Of a DNA stretch of 64,000 nt, positions 11,601 through 33,322 are shown piece after piece. Each line of letters starts with the position of its first letter. Position 1 is the stretch's first letter. The notes beneath the pieces were generated by a model, which was not told the DNA's origin, made no database searches, and saw only the letters and a program-made list of their open reading frames with translations. The stretch lies in contig NIVC01000785.1 of assembly GCA_002269645.1 (NCBI GenBank), positions 62,001-126,000 on the forward strand, read 5' to 3'. Origin of the DNA: Macrostomum lignano (taxonomy: Eukaryota). A program made the translations under genes and the position numbers.

Positions 11601-13305
11601 CGGCTGACGCCTGCTGCATTTATATATGTTTTAACTCTATTCAGTCTACTTAAGTTAGTAGAAAGTTGAGCAATTTTTCTCAAGCGTCGCGACTCAACAG
11701 TCGCATTACAGTCGCTTAAGTCGTGAGAGTCACAAGAGAGTTGCTTACAATGACTCATTAGCAACTCTTGTCTCAGTTTCAAGTTTTAAAGCTTTAAACT
11801 CGACTTAGCTTTGTTTCTTTACCATAAAGACTTACGCGCTGGTCAAAGTCGCTGCAGCCGGCTCCTCCTGCCCAAAGCATCCGCCGCCACTAATGAGAGC
11901 GGCTGCTGCAGACTCTGCCGCACCGTCTTCCGCAGACACAGTTATTGGCCGGGCCGCGCGCAGGTAGTGGTCGTCTGGGCAACTGCTAGCCTAAGGATGC
12001 GGCAATATAAAGGTAATCAGACTAGCTGCAGGTGCGATCAGAATCCCATTAAGCGCACGGGAATCATAATCCCATCGAAAACATGGGGATCAGAGTCCCA
12101 TTAAACACACTGGAATCAGAATTGTCTTTTTTAACACATTAGGAGGGGATCAAAATCCTATTAAAAACACGGGGATCGAAAACTCATTTGCACGTACGGA
12201 TCAACATCCCATTAAAAACACGGGGAACAAAATCCCATTTACACATGGGGATCAAAATCTCATTAAACACACGGGTAACAAAATCCTAATAAGCACACGG
12301 AGAACAGAATCCCATTAAGCACATGGGGATCAGAGTCCCATTAAGCACACGGAGAACAGAATCCCATTAAGCACATGGGGATCAGAATCCAATTAAGCAC
12401 ACGGAGAACAGAATCCCATTAAGCACATGGGGAACAGAATCCCATTAAGCACACGGGGATCAGAATCCCATTAAGCACACGTAGAACAGAATCCCATTAA
12501 GCACACAGGGAACAGAATCCCATTAAGCACACGGGGATCAGAATCCCATTAAGCACACGGGGAACAGAATTCCATTAAGCACACAGGGATCAGAATCCCA
12601 TTAAGCACACGGGGATCAGAATCCCATTAAGCACACGGGATCAGAATCCCATTAAGCACACGGGATCAGAATCCCATTAAGCACACGGGGATCAGAATCC
12701 CATTAAGCACACAGGGAACAGAATCCCATTAAGCACACGTAGAACAGAATCCCATTAAGCACACGGGGATCAGAATCCCATTAAGCACATGGGGATCAGA
12801 ATCCCATTAAGCACACGGGGATCAGAATCCCATTAAGCACACGTAGAACAGAATCCCATTAAGCACACGGGGATCAGAATCCCATTAAGCACACGGGGAT
12901 CAGAATCCCATTAAGCACACGTAGAACAGAATCCCATTAAGCACACGGGGATCAGAATCCCATTAAGCACACGGGGATCAGAATCCCATTAAGCACACGG
13001 GGATCAGAATCCCATTAAGCACACGGGGATCAGAATCCCATTAAGCACACGGGGATCAGAGTTCCAGCATCCGATACCTGCGATCCCATAGACGGCGAGC
13101 GGCCAACGCCGCCTTTGCGCCGCTTTCGCCGAGACGACGATCGCCGACTGCCAACGTCGGGCCAGGCGAGGCCAAAAAATTTCGACCTCGACGAATTTCC
13201 CGAATTGGCCGACGTTGGCAGCGGCGACTTCGGCGATTTTCGGTCGGCGCTGTCGGAGCGCTGCAGGCTCTTGCGCGAAATGCAGGCGGTCACTAAGCGG
13301 TGCAT
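501..13305 (-). CDS. Four-exon gene, ~375 aa, Ser/Pro-rich N-terminus and C-terminal coiled coils; possibly CCSER/FAM190-like
   Basis: Minus-strand exons 13305-13078 (CAG|gtatcg), 11990-11836 (ttag| ... GC|gtaagt), 11499-11185 (tttag| ... AG|gtgagt), 930-501 (ccccag|). Phases 0/2/2 all match, 1128 nt, no internal stop. The segments [21 protein letters not shown] and [20 protein letters not shown] resemble, from memory, the CCSER coiled-coil region (weak inference). The 3' end is uncertain because it lies in the minisatellite. Confidence 0.7.
1085..1660. repeat. Purine-rich ~21-bp minisatellite (GGGGATGGGGAAATGGGAGAT)
   Basis: Tandem G/A-rich units in the last intron of the minus-strand gene. 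Confidence 0.9.
2140..3186. repeat. Compound (CAGA)n microsatellite with AGTCAGGCAGACACACAC interruptions, left part
   Basis: Directly visible; same higher-order pattern as 8107-8830. Confidence 0.95.
3187..8106. mobile_element. Putative non-autonomous DNA transposon (~4.9 kb) with terminal inverted repeats, inserted in the (CAGA)n array
   Basis: Left end TCT(TACG)ACTGTCTGTGTGTTTAGCGGGAC (3187-3216); the right end read as reverse complement is TCTACTGTCTGTGTGTTTACGTGGAC (8106-8081). ACAC flanks both ends (3183-3186, 8107-8110), and removing the element restores the array unit. About 20 internal TTANGTGGACC motifs. Confidence 0.6.
4260..6370. repeat. Higher-order satellite: ~238-bp units interleaved with ~63-bp subunits
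   Basis: All units begin CCTCAAACAGAC..AGTTGTGTCTGTAGGTTA(G/T)GTGGACC; the long unit continues ...CACAGCACTTCTAGGCGATAATCTGAGCC...CTTTCTCGGCGGCTCT. Confidence 0.9.
8107..8830. repeat. Compound (CAGA)n microsatellite, right part
   Basis: Same pattern and orientation as 2140-3186. Confidence 0.95.
9202..9505 (+). mobile_element. tRNA-derived SINE with CORE/Meta-like central domain
   Basis: A box TAGCCTAAGTGG, B box GGTTCGATTTCC, then TGTGTCCTTGAGCAAGACACT...CATTGCTTCAGTTCACCCAGCTGTAAAATGGG, AT-rich tail; other copies in the window. Confidence 0.85.
9941..10087. mobile_element. Possible small MITE
   Basis: TGCACTGTACCC at 9941 and GGGTACAATGCA ending at 10087 form a 12-bp inverted repeat with one mismatch; no clear TSD. 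Confidence 0.3.
10295..10355 (+). repeat. Interstitial telomeric repeat (TTAGGG)n, degenerate
   Basis: About 10 TTAGGG/CTAGGG/TTGGGG units. Confidence 0.8.
10795..11095 (-). mobile_element. tRNA-derived SINE, same family as 9202-9505, inverted
   Basis: Reverse complement reads GGAGTTGTAGCCTAGTGGTT...GGTTCGATTCC...TGTGTCCTTGAGCAAGACACTTAACTCTGCATTGCTTCAGTTCACCCAGC. Confidence 0.85.
12100..13062. repeat. 26-bp minisatellite (GGGGATCAGAATCCCATTAAGCACAC)
   Basis: Period 26 (e.g. 12901/12927); fills most of intron 1 of the minus-strand gene. Confidence 0.95.
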
Positions 13306-13444
13306 TGCTGCAATGATTGCATGCAGGGGTTTGTACAATTTGTGTGAACTGCCTGACACTAGCAAGGTAGGAGCGACTCAGCGGTGAATGCGCCTGTCTC
13401 TCTCGTCACAGACCCATCGTTTGATTCCATGATCGTTTGCGGCC

Positions 13445-13767
13445 ACATTTTTTCAGCTCTACTTTCTTTTCTTATCTCATAATATCATCTCGTCTTCCAT
13501 CTCTCTCATCTCTGCTCTCGTATCTCGTCTCTCCTCTCTACTCTTTTCTCTCCTATATCCATTCTTCCCTCCTCTCCTCTCTCTTCTTCTCTTTCCTCTC
13601 TCATCTTTACTTTCATCTCGTCTCTATTCTTTCTACTCTCATCTCTCTTAGCTCCTTTCTCTCTGCTTTCTTTTTTTCCTTTTTTCTTAATCTCTTTTCT
13701 CTCTCCCCCCTCCTCTCTATTCCCCCCCCCTCCTCTCACTCCCATCTCTCCTCAGTTCACTATTTTC

Positions 13768-13835
<68 letters not shown>

Positions 13836-14110
13836 CCTTTTTCCTCTCCTCCCAGCCCTCTCCCCTCCCTCTCCTCTCTTCTCTAATCTCTTATCTACCG
13901 TCTCTCCTCTCTCCTCTTTTATCTATTATCGTTTCTCTCAATCTCATCTCTCCTTTCCCCTCTCTTCTCGCTTCTCTCCTCTTTTCTAGCTTCTCTCTCC
14001 CTCTCTACTCGCTTCTCTCACCTCTCTTCTCGCTTCTCTCCCTCCTCTCTTCTCTCTTCTTGCTTCTGTCGCATTTCTCACCCCCTCTCTCTCTCTCTCC
14101 TCACTCCTAT
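13445..14110. repeat. Pyrimidine-rich low-complexity tract with (CT)n core
   Basis: Directly visible. Confidence 0.85.
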
Positions 14111-17100
14111 ATTCAGCATTCAACAGAAATATTTATAATTGGATAATTGTAGATATACTCAATTTCCATAGTCTAGAAAGGGGCCTTTGCTACAAAACTC
14201 CCCACATATTTTGCTCTTACTGAGATCTTGAAAATCAATAAGAGATCTTGGGATACATTTTATACAATTTTAGGTTTTGTATTTATATTGATATAGATTA
14301 AATTTTTATCTAGAAAGCAAATAAAGGTAATAATAAAAAATAAAAATTAACAAAAAAGAATAAAAACCTAAAATTTTAATTGCGATACCTATTAGTCCTA
14401 TGATTTAGACTTACGGGTCAGTTTAATATTGGTAACAAATGTTGTTTATAAATAAGTCAAAAGAGCTATATAAGGCTTAGATTTCACAAAAATATTTTTA
14501 TTACCATTAAGTTGATTTTCTTATACTGAAGTGAAACAAAAGTGCCGTTAGAAAGAGGATGGGAGAAATTAGCCAACACGCGCGTCATGCGTGAACAAGC
14601 ATCTAGCCTTGGTAGCAACTCCCCAGATACACAAGATCTGCATGCCTAAAAATAGCCCTGATGATTAGCAAATGAGAAACCCAGCCATGTGACCCTCGCA
14701 TGATGCATGAATCTCCTCTGGCCAATGGCTCCTATTGGGCCTTCCCATTCCACTCCACTTTCTTCCCCTATTCCTCCTTGCTTACGCATAGTCTATTAAC
14801 TTATAAAATATACCGATTAAAGAGGAAAGATCCTCACCTGAAATTTGAGAATGTGACTCCAGAGATTACACAAAGAAAGTACCATCAAGTCAATTGTTTG
14901 TTGTCTTCTTGAACTGTTGGCAGAAGGAAACAATTATATGGGAAAAATGCATATAAATTGTCTTTTCAATACTAGTATTAGCTAGGATTTAAAGGTACAA
15001 TAGGATACCTTATTGTATTATTATTGCCTAGCTTTACCAATATTTCTCAATCTAACTAACTAGTATTAAGATTAATACTAACTAATAACTTATTAGGCCT
15101 ATTGATTGTAGTTAGAATTTTAAATTAGAATTAGATGTCTAAATAATATAAGAAAGTAGGGCCTAGGCCAGTAGGGCCTAATTTAATATTTTAAAAATAA
15201 AACACACTTAAGTTTAACAATGCTCTAAATTGTTATTAATTTAATTAAGCTGATTGACTGTTTTAGTCTTAGAGTGTCTCTTATTTGTCAGTTTGATTAA
15301 CAAAATGCATTAGCAAATAACATTAACAAAGGCAATAATATACAAAGCAAGCTAAGTAAATGAACAGTGAAGTCTTTCTATTAATTGCAATGATGAGCTA
15401 GTTTTGATCGAAATCACGAATGAAAAAATTATTTTAGTATTTATTTCTCATTGCTCTATTTTTATCCAATTCATAAAATTGATATTAGGCCTACTTTGCA
15501 CACTCCTTGTGTAAAGCTAGGTAGGCCTAGCCTAATGCAATATTTTAATCAGATGTCAGACAGAAGTCAGATGAGACATTTTAAAATTCCAACTAAATAA
15601 TTTAATTAGGTTTGAAAAAAAATAGATGTTTTAGTCTTACTCTTAGACATTTTATCATCAGATCATTCTTTAGACATCACTTCCTCTTTTCCTGGGACAC
15701 AAAAAACCAAATGAGGTACCGACAGCCAGGGCAGGGACCTACCTAAAAAAAGAAAAGCACAGCCACTGGCATCGTAAATCAATGCTCTCCCTAAAGCTAA
15801 CTAAGAGCAGCAAACTGTGCATTGTTTAAAATTAAAACGAATAAAAACTGATTCCTGGAAAGGTTGGGTTTAAAAATTAACCTCTGCTTTTATTTACTAT
15901 TTTAACCTACAAATATAGCAAAAACATTATTTCTAAAATTATATAGAAACTACTAAATGTATTAAAACTGTCACAAAAATATACTTTGTTTTTGTTTTAA
16001 AACATTTTTTAAGAACTTTAAATTGATAGTTAACACACACAACTTAATGTGGACCGAGCCCGACACACGATGCAGCCAAATTATAAATTCCTCACTTTTT
16101 AGAATGGAACAAAAATTGTAATAGGGGTTGATATTTCTCCTAAAAGCTAATACTAAGTTGTTACAATGCTGACTTAATCTTAGCTACCATTACTAAAGTA
16201 AAATAAAAGTATAAAAGTTGATATTCGAAGCCAAGGTGAACAATATCCAAAAAATCAATAGGGCCTAACACATTTTGTGCAGAAAGTAAAAAAATAAATG
16301 CTAACTTTACATGCAAAACTTCATTTTTTTCTTTGGCTCTAAAGAAGCTTTAGTAAATTTATATCTAGGGCCTATACTAGTTTTACCGGTTCCTGGACAC
16401 TTCGTCATCCACTTTTTGTTTGAAAAACTTTGCTATATATGTAACATATGTATACTCGTACATGCAACTACATGTATAAAAATTAAGATTAGACATTATA
16501 CATGTATATGTATCTATATATAGATATAGTCGCCCTCCTCCTTTCACATTCTGGGCTTGGGACCAGACAATGGTGGAGTTACAACCCACAAAGATAGTCA
16601 TTAAATACCATAATTCGTAGCTATAAATGTAGGCACAAAGTCACAAAGATCACAAAGTTTACAAAGCACAAAGAGAATAGCATTAAGACCTACACATTTA
16701 AATTACTGTAGAATTTTTAATAGTGCCAGCTAATATCTAAATGTAGCTAAATGTAGCTAAATTATTCTTAGGTAAATGTAGCTAAGTAAATTTTTGAAGT
16801 TACACAACTGCAAATGTGATTTTGTCCGAATAGAATAATTCCATAGTTGATTTTAAAAATCAAGGAAGAACTTACATACATTAAATATATACTCACTGAT
16901 GACCTTGCATTTGACCGCCAAACCAAGGGATGTGAACCAGGCAAGAGCAGCAAGAGCAGGCGAGAGCAGCACTGTGATTAGTTGGTTGGAGAATTGGCAC
17001 GTTGTACTCATAGACACAAATACATGTATGGCTTAGCACATTTAAGGGGTGAAAATGCTTTTTAGCTCAGACTTTATACGTGTGAAGGGTTGGTTTAGTC

Positions 17101-17289
17101 CCTGCAGGTGGAGCAAGGAGAAATCCATTACAGCATCACTCTAGCTCAGACTGTATGGGGTTATGATTCAAAGGGTTGGTTAAGTCCTTGCAGGTGGAGC
17201 AAGGAGAAATCAATTATGTATAACATCACTCTAGCTCAGATTTTATGGGGCTGTGATTCCTAGACCCTGCCTACTTAAGCTAGCAAACG

Positions 17290-17640
17290 CATTCAATGGA
17301 ACTGCCAAGAACTAAATGGCGAGCACTAGTATTTAATGGCTTGGGTGCAAACAAAGGCTGCGCCACCAGCAGTGTCAGCCAGCAGACAGTTGACATAACA
17401 TCAAGTTCGCGCTTGACCTTGCCAGTAGGGTGCCTACAGCGTGAGCAGCAGCATCTCCTGCACCAGCTGTGGGCAGTACAACTCGGTGCGGATGAGATAG
17501 CCTGCGAGCTGGAGTCGTCGACAGCGCAGTAGATCACTTGGATGTGGCAGGCCAACATGGCGATAGAGTGGATGCCAATTATAGCAACATAGTTGAAGTT
17601 GTAAGATGACGAAGTGTCCAGGAACCATTTTACCATTGCT
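17290..17640 (-). mobile_element. Degenerate 3' fragment of a non-LTR retrotransposon (LINE) ORF
   Basis: Minus strand reads LYRHVGLPHPSDLLRCRRLQLAGYLIRTELYCPQLVQEMLLLTL then stops. This resembles the post-RT C-terminus of RTE-type LINEs (RRLxLAGH motif; recalled similarity). A ~90-bp tandem duplication at 17045-17260 may be its 3' UTR. Confidence 0.5.
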
Positions 17641-18256
17641 ACATTCAAATCCAACAATATGTGCACTTATTTGGCAAAAAATCCATTGTTATGTGCACCT
17701 TGGTAAAAAAAATTTTGTTCTGCATAGCACATGTGATGTATATATAAAGTATACCTTGGTTGATATCTTCTAAAAGCTAGGGCCTAATATGCCTTCTAAG
17801 TTGTCCTAAGGGTTATTTTTGTCTTTTTAAAATATTAGGCCTAATAATAAATACTTTTTGAACTAATCTCTGTAGTCTACTATTATTATATACATGATGG
17901 GTCTTTTACAATGTAATACTTTAATTATATACTTTGAATATTATACATGTATTAGCCCCCCTATATATTAATAGCATATTATATAAAATTTATTGCATAT
18001 GTATTATTGGCCTAAGTGGTTTTGTAGGGCCTATCATAGTATTTTATTATAGGCCTACCTTATGATTATCTTCTATTAAATATTTCTTTTAGTCTAGGCA
18101 ATAGGCATTAATGAAATAAGATAGTCATGGTTTACACTTCAATTGATTTTGTCCTCTAAAGCAAGTTTTTAAATTCTTATTCTAGTTGTTCATACCCTTT
18201 TATATATATTTTGCCTTTAAGCTAATTTCTTAGATTCTAAATCTTAGGGGTCTTAT

Positions 18257-18288
18257 CAAGGACTTCTAGACTAGTCTAGAAGTCCTTG
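18257..18288. mobile_element. 32-bp perfect palindrome with 8-bp TSD: TIR-only hAT-like micro-element
   Basis: CAAGGACTTCTAGACT|AGTCTAGAAGTCCTTG, flanked by GGTCTTAT at 18249-18256 and 18289-18296. Confidence 0.7.
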
Positions 18289-18469
18289 GGTCTTATTTTA
18301 AATGGTTTATTCTCCTAATCTTTAGGATTTTTTCAATATTACTAAATTATTAAAGCCAAAATATTGCTTAATCCTTTTAATTTAGAAGTTTAAAAGAAGA
18401 GAATAAGTTATAAAAACAAGTTTAAATTCATTTTAGTTTTGTTGCTACTCACCCCTAGTTATAATAAAG

Positions 18470-18770
18470 TAAATTGCCTAAGAGCAATTCCCCATCAACA
18501 TTGGAGCCTAAGAGCAATACCCCATATATATATTGGAGCCTACAAGCAATTCCCCGTGGACATTGGAGACTAAGAGCAATTCCCCATGTATTGGAGCCTG
18601 CAAGTAATTCCCCATGGACATTGGAGCCTAAGAGCAATTCCTCATAAACATTGGAGCCCAAGAGCAATTCCCCATGAACATTGGAGCTTAAGAGCAATTC
18701 CCCATGAACATTGGAGCTTAAGAGCAATTCCCCATGGACATTGGAGCCCAAGAGCAATTCCCCATGAACC
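18470..18770. repeat. 30-bp minisatellite (AGAGCAATTCCCCATGAACATTGGAGCCTA)
   Basis: Period 30 (18661/18691); just upstream of eIF3c. Confidence 0.9.
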
Positions 18771-19092
18771 TTGGCGACTGATTGCTTCAGTAGTCAATTT
18801 GCAACTTCCTCTTGTTTTCCTCCCCCTTTTTCCATTGCTTCAACTGTTTTTTTCTATCTCCTATTTTCCCTTCCTGCTTCTCTCCTTGCTTTGCTCCTTC
18901 GTCATCATTTTTGCCTTTTCTCCTTTTGGAACAGGAATCAATTTTGGCCAGCGACCTCTTTTACTGGGGGGTCACATAGATCAGATAGATAATCCTAGAG
19001 GGTGAAACGCAAAAGCCTACATGAGATCACAGTATTTAGTTATTGCTGTATCTTTATGCAGCTGCAGGGCTCACTGATCTCTAAGCAAGACA

Positions 19093-29586
<10,494 letters not shown>

Positions 29587-30078
29587 TTCTTGGACAAAAG
29601 ATAGACATGATGGAAAAGCTTGTTGACAGACTGAGTGTCCTTTGCGGCTTCTGAGCTCCCGTTTCAGAACTATAATGATCGTTTTCTTTGTTCCAGTTGT
29701 TGTCTCTCCCAGTTTCCCAGCTGCTGTTGGCCAAGGTCCATGGCCTCCTTAAACCATTGGCGAGGTCCTTGGTTGTCATCCAGTGAAGATTGAGTCATTC
29801 GCCCGCTCATTGTTAGCGCTGCAGTTGATTGTTAGTTCTCTATTTGGTGAAGGGTGTCTTATCATAGAGCCGAGTTTGTGTGGCCGGCTCTGTGCCGGAA
29901 TCTAAAATGCTAATAAATTGCGTTAAACCGTTTGTAGCCGCTTGCCTGCGCTCGGTTAGTTAATTATTAGTGTGAAAGAAAAGTCTGCTGTTTGCTTAGT
30001 TCGTGTCTTGATGGCTTTTAATTTCAAAGGTCAACTTAAGTATAAATGTAGGCAAATTGATTACCTTGATGGCTTTTT

Positions 30079-30897
30079 TAGCGCCAAGATAAGTGCCTGC
30101 CGGCAGCGCCAAGATGAGTGTCTGGCTGCGGCGCCAAGATGAGTGTCTGGCTGCGGCGCCAAGATGAGTTTCTGGCTGCGGCGCCAAGATAAGTGCCTGC
30201 CGGCGGCGCCAAAATGAGTTCCTGCCTGCGGCGCCAAAATGAGTTCATGGCTGCGGCGCCAAAATGAGTGCCTGCCTGCGGCGCCAAAATGAGTTCCTGC
30301 CTGCGGCGCCAAAATGAGTTCCTGCCTGCGGCGCCAAAATGAGTTCCTGGCTGCGGCGCCAAAATGAGTGCCTGCCTGCGGCGCCAAAATGAGTGCCTGC
30401 CTGCAGCGCCAAAATGAGTTCCTGCCTGCGGCGCCAAAATGAGTTCCTGGCTGCGGCGCCAAAATGAGTTCCTGCCTGCGGCGCCAAAATGAGTTCCTGC
30501 CTGCGGCGCCAAAATGAGTTCCTGCCTGCGGCGCCAAAATGAGTTCCTGCCTGCGGCGCCAAAATGAGTTCCTGCCTGCGGCGCCAAAATGAGTTCCTGG
30601 CTGCGGCGCCAAAATGAGTTCCTGCCTGCGGCGCCAAAATGAGTTCCTAGCTGCGGCGCCAAAATGAGTTCATGGCTGCGGCGCCAAAATGAGTGCCTGC
30701 CTGCGGCGCCAAAATGAGTTCCTGGCTGCGGCGCCAAAATGAGTTCCTGGCTGCGGCGCCAAAATGAGTGCCTGCCTGCAGCGCCAAAATGAGTTCCTGG
30801 CTGCGGCGCCAAAATGAGTGCCTGCCTGCAGCGCCAAAATGAGTTCCTGCCTGCGGCGCCAAAATGAGTTCCTGCCTGCGGCGCCAAAAGGAGTGCC
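30079..30897 (+). repeat. 25-bp minisatellite (GCGGCGCCAAAATGAGTTCCTGCCT)
   Basis: Period 25 (30481/30506); related to the inverted array at 31857-32140. Confidence 0.95.
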
Positions 30898-31300
30898 AAC
30901 AATACGCTCGTACTACATGTAATTCCGAAAATAATGTGTGAATTCAATCCTGTAGAATTCTTGGCTTTATCCCCCCACTCCGCCATAAAAGCCATGGTAA
31001 CGCCCCTGGATACGCGCACAGACACACGACATGCACACACAGGCCTAGGGGTTACAGCGCAGCCCCGAGTCCCGACATTCCCGTTAAACGCCAAACCACT
31101 GGCCCGCGTCGGTGTTCTTTTATGAAACTTGCTGTCAATTTTCCAGCAAAAAACCGGCACATTATACTCGTATTCCTAGTTTCTATCGGAGCTCCTCGAA
31201 AAAAGGAAGATAATATTAGCTCTGTACAGGTATAGCCAGGTACTTCACAACGTGCTCTCAATTGACCATTTAAACTTAACGCTGAAATGTTATATTCGTG

Positions 31301-33322
31301 TCAGAAAGGTCCTCCATAGTGCTCAAGGCAGTTGCCGCGATTCGAGCTCGGGACGTCTCCATCTTGACTTGACGGGCGATCGCAGCAGCGGAGAATCACA
31401 AGGCTGTCTCGGATTCGCTCTGCCGCGCAGATCAGGGCAGTCCGGTAGCGCCGGGTGGCGCAGGCGCAGACGGCGCTGTTCGCGGAGAAGTGCAGCAGGT
31501 AGACCGCTTGGGCGTACCGCCTGGCCAGCAGGGCGCGCAGCACCCAGCCCTGGCTGGCGTCGGCAGGCAGCAGGGCACTGAACAGCATGGCGGCACTGTT
31601 GGGCAGGTTGAGCAGCAGGTAGGCCAAGCAGACGCAGAGCAGCATCCGGGTGACCTGACGGCTCCGCCGCATTCGGTCGACAGCGGCTTCGTTGCAGTTG
31701 CAAACGTCTGCCCCGGCCAGAAGCTGGGGAGCCGAGCAGGAGCGCCTGCGGGTGCATCAAATTAATAAATTTACTTTACAGCTGAAGGCTGCGTATGTGG
31801 CTGTTCAGTCCAAGGACTGGGAGGGGTCGTCACACACAAACCTCAGTTACACCTGAGCAGACTCATTTTAGCGCCACAGGCACTCATTTTAGCGCCACAG
31901 GCACTCATTTTAGCGCCGCAGACAGGCACTCATTTTAGCGCCACAGGCACTCATTTTAGCGCCGCAGACAGGCACTCATTTTAGCGCCGCAGACAGGCAC
32001 TCATTTTAGCGCCACAGGCACTCATTTTAGCGCCGCAGACAGGCACTCATTTTAGCGCCGCAGACAGGCACTCATTTTAGCGCCGCAAGCAGGCACTCAT
32101 TTTAGCGCCGCAGGCAGGCACTTATTTTGGTGCCACAGGCGCTATATTTTGTCACCCTGAAGCAAAATTATTGATTTCCGAATGGGTCACAAGATGACGT
32201 GGGGTATCGGGGGGACAACAAAGCATTGCATGTCCCTCCATAGTTTTTACTGGGGACATGTCCGTCCTGTCCACCCCCGGTGGCGACGCCCCTGGTTGCC
32301 TGTTATTCTTAGTATATAATGGTTGCGTGTGCTGGCGCAACTTGTGGCAATATTTAGGCATGCTTTTTATCCCTAATCACACACTCATGTGACAGTCGAG
32401 GCATGGGAAGCTTAAGTCGAAAGACACATGCAAAGTCGTGAAAACATGTCAGTCACTGTGAGCCGGTTTTGCCGCAAAATGCGAAACGTCTTTAGCAGTA
32501 AATTACTCTGTCTCACGTTATACGGGCTTCGAAATGCAAACCAAGAAACATAGTGACGTTTTTTATATTATTTTGGTTCGCATGTTTCAGGGGATTTTGC
32601 TAACATTAGCATCACACCATGGGGCAACATCGGATTGTTGGCAGTTGGGCAAATTCTTAAATTTTTACTCACCGAGCCTCCGTGCTCTTGGCCAGCAGTC
32701 TCCGGTAGGCGCCTCGCACTCGGCAGCCGATGCAGCAGTTAAGCGCGCAGATCGCGAATCCCGGCACCAGCGCCGTGATGACGCAATCAAGCGTTGAAGC
32801 CGCCAATTCGAAGCCGTCCCGTCTGGCGCAGTGCATCTGCACCGTTGTTCCGTTGCCACCTGGCTCGGCGTGTCCCGGCAGCACGTAGACTGTGGTGAAG
32901 AGCACGTGAGAGTTGACTAGGCCGCAGGCGGCCGCGGCCGACCAGATGACGGCTGGCGAGCCGCCCAGACCGGGCCTGCCGAAGGTGAGCAGCGCTCTGT
33001 CCAGCGACACGCAGACCAGCAGCCAGGGGCTGAGTGTGCTCAGCGTGCCGAATACGAACTGGCTGGCAAAGCAGCCGAAGCCGCTGCGAATGTGCGCGTC
33101 TGTCAGTGCGAAGCAGGCGTAGCACAGCAGTAGCAGCAGGTCGGTGAGCGACAGGGCGCTCAGGTAGGCAGCCAAGTAGTGACGCCAGACTCTGCGCTGT
33201 GAGAAAGCCAGCAGGCTGAGTGTGTTGGCAGCGATGCCGCAGCACAGGATGGCGGGCTCAACCTTGGTGAGGATCTGCAGCATGGAAGCGTAGAGTGCCT
33301 CGGGATCTGTTGAGTTTGTCAT
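31301..33322 (-). CDS. Class A (rhodopsin-like) GPCR, probably a peptide-receptor-like orphan, 364 aa, 2 exons
   Basis: Exons 33322-32673 (CG|gtgagt) and 31745-31301 (ccgcag|), phase 2, 1095 nt. N-glycosylation site NST, TM1 GIAAN, TM2 LSLTD, TM3 SLDRA, TM5 PGFAICALN, TM6 YLLLNLP, TM7 HFSANSAV. Confidence 0.88.
31778..31855 (-). mobile_element. Fragment of the SINE family
   Basis: CTGAAGGCTGCGTA..GGCTGTTCAGTCCAAGGACTGGG matches 10885-10920. Confidence 0.7.
31857..32140 (-). repeat. Minisatellite (GGCACTCATTTTAGCGCCGCAGACA), reverse complement of the 30079-30897 family
   Basis: Reverse complement TGTCTGCGGCGCTAAAATGAGTGCC matches the downstream array unit. Confidence 0.9.

Noticed and set aside
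13115-13387. Plus-strand 90-aa ORF MRRFRRDD...
   Set aside because: Antisense shadow of the minus-strand exon 13305-13078, which has matching splice phases.
30061-31160. Repeat ORFs APQAGTHFGAAGRNSFWRR
   Set aside because: 25-bp minisatellite translation.
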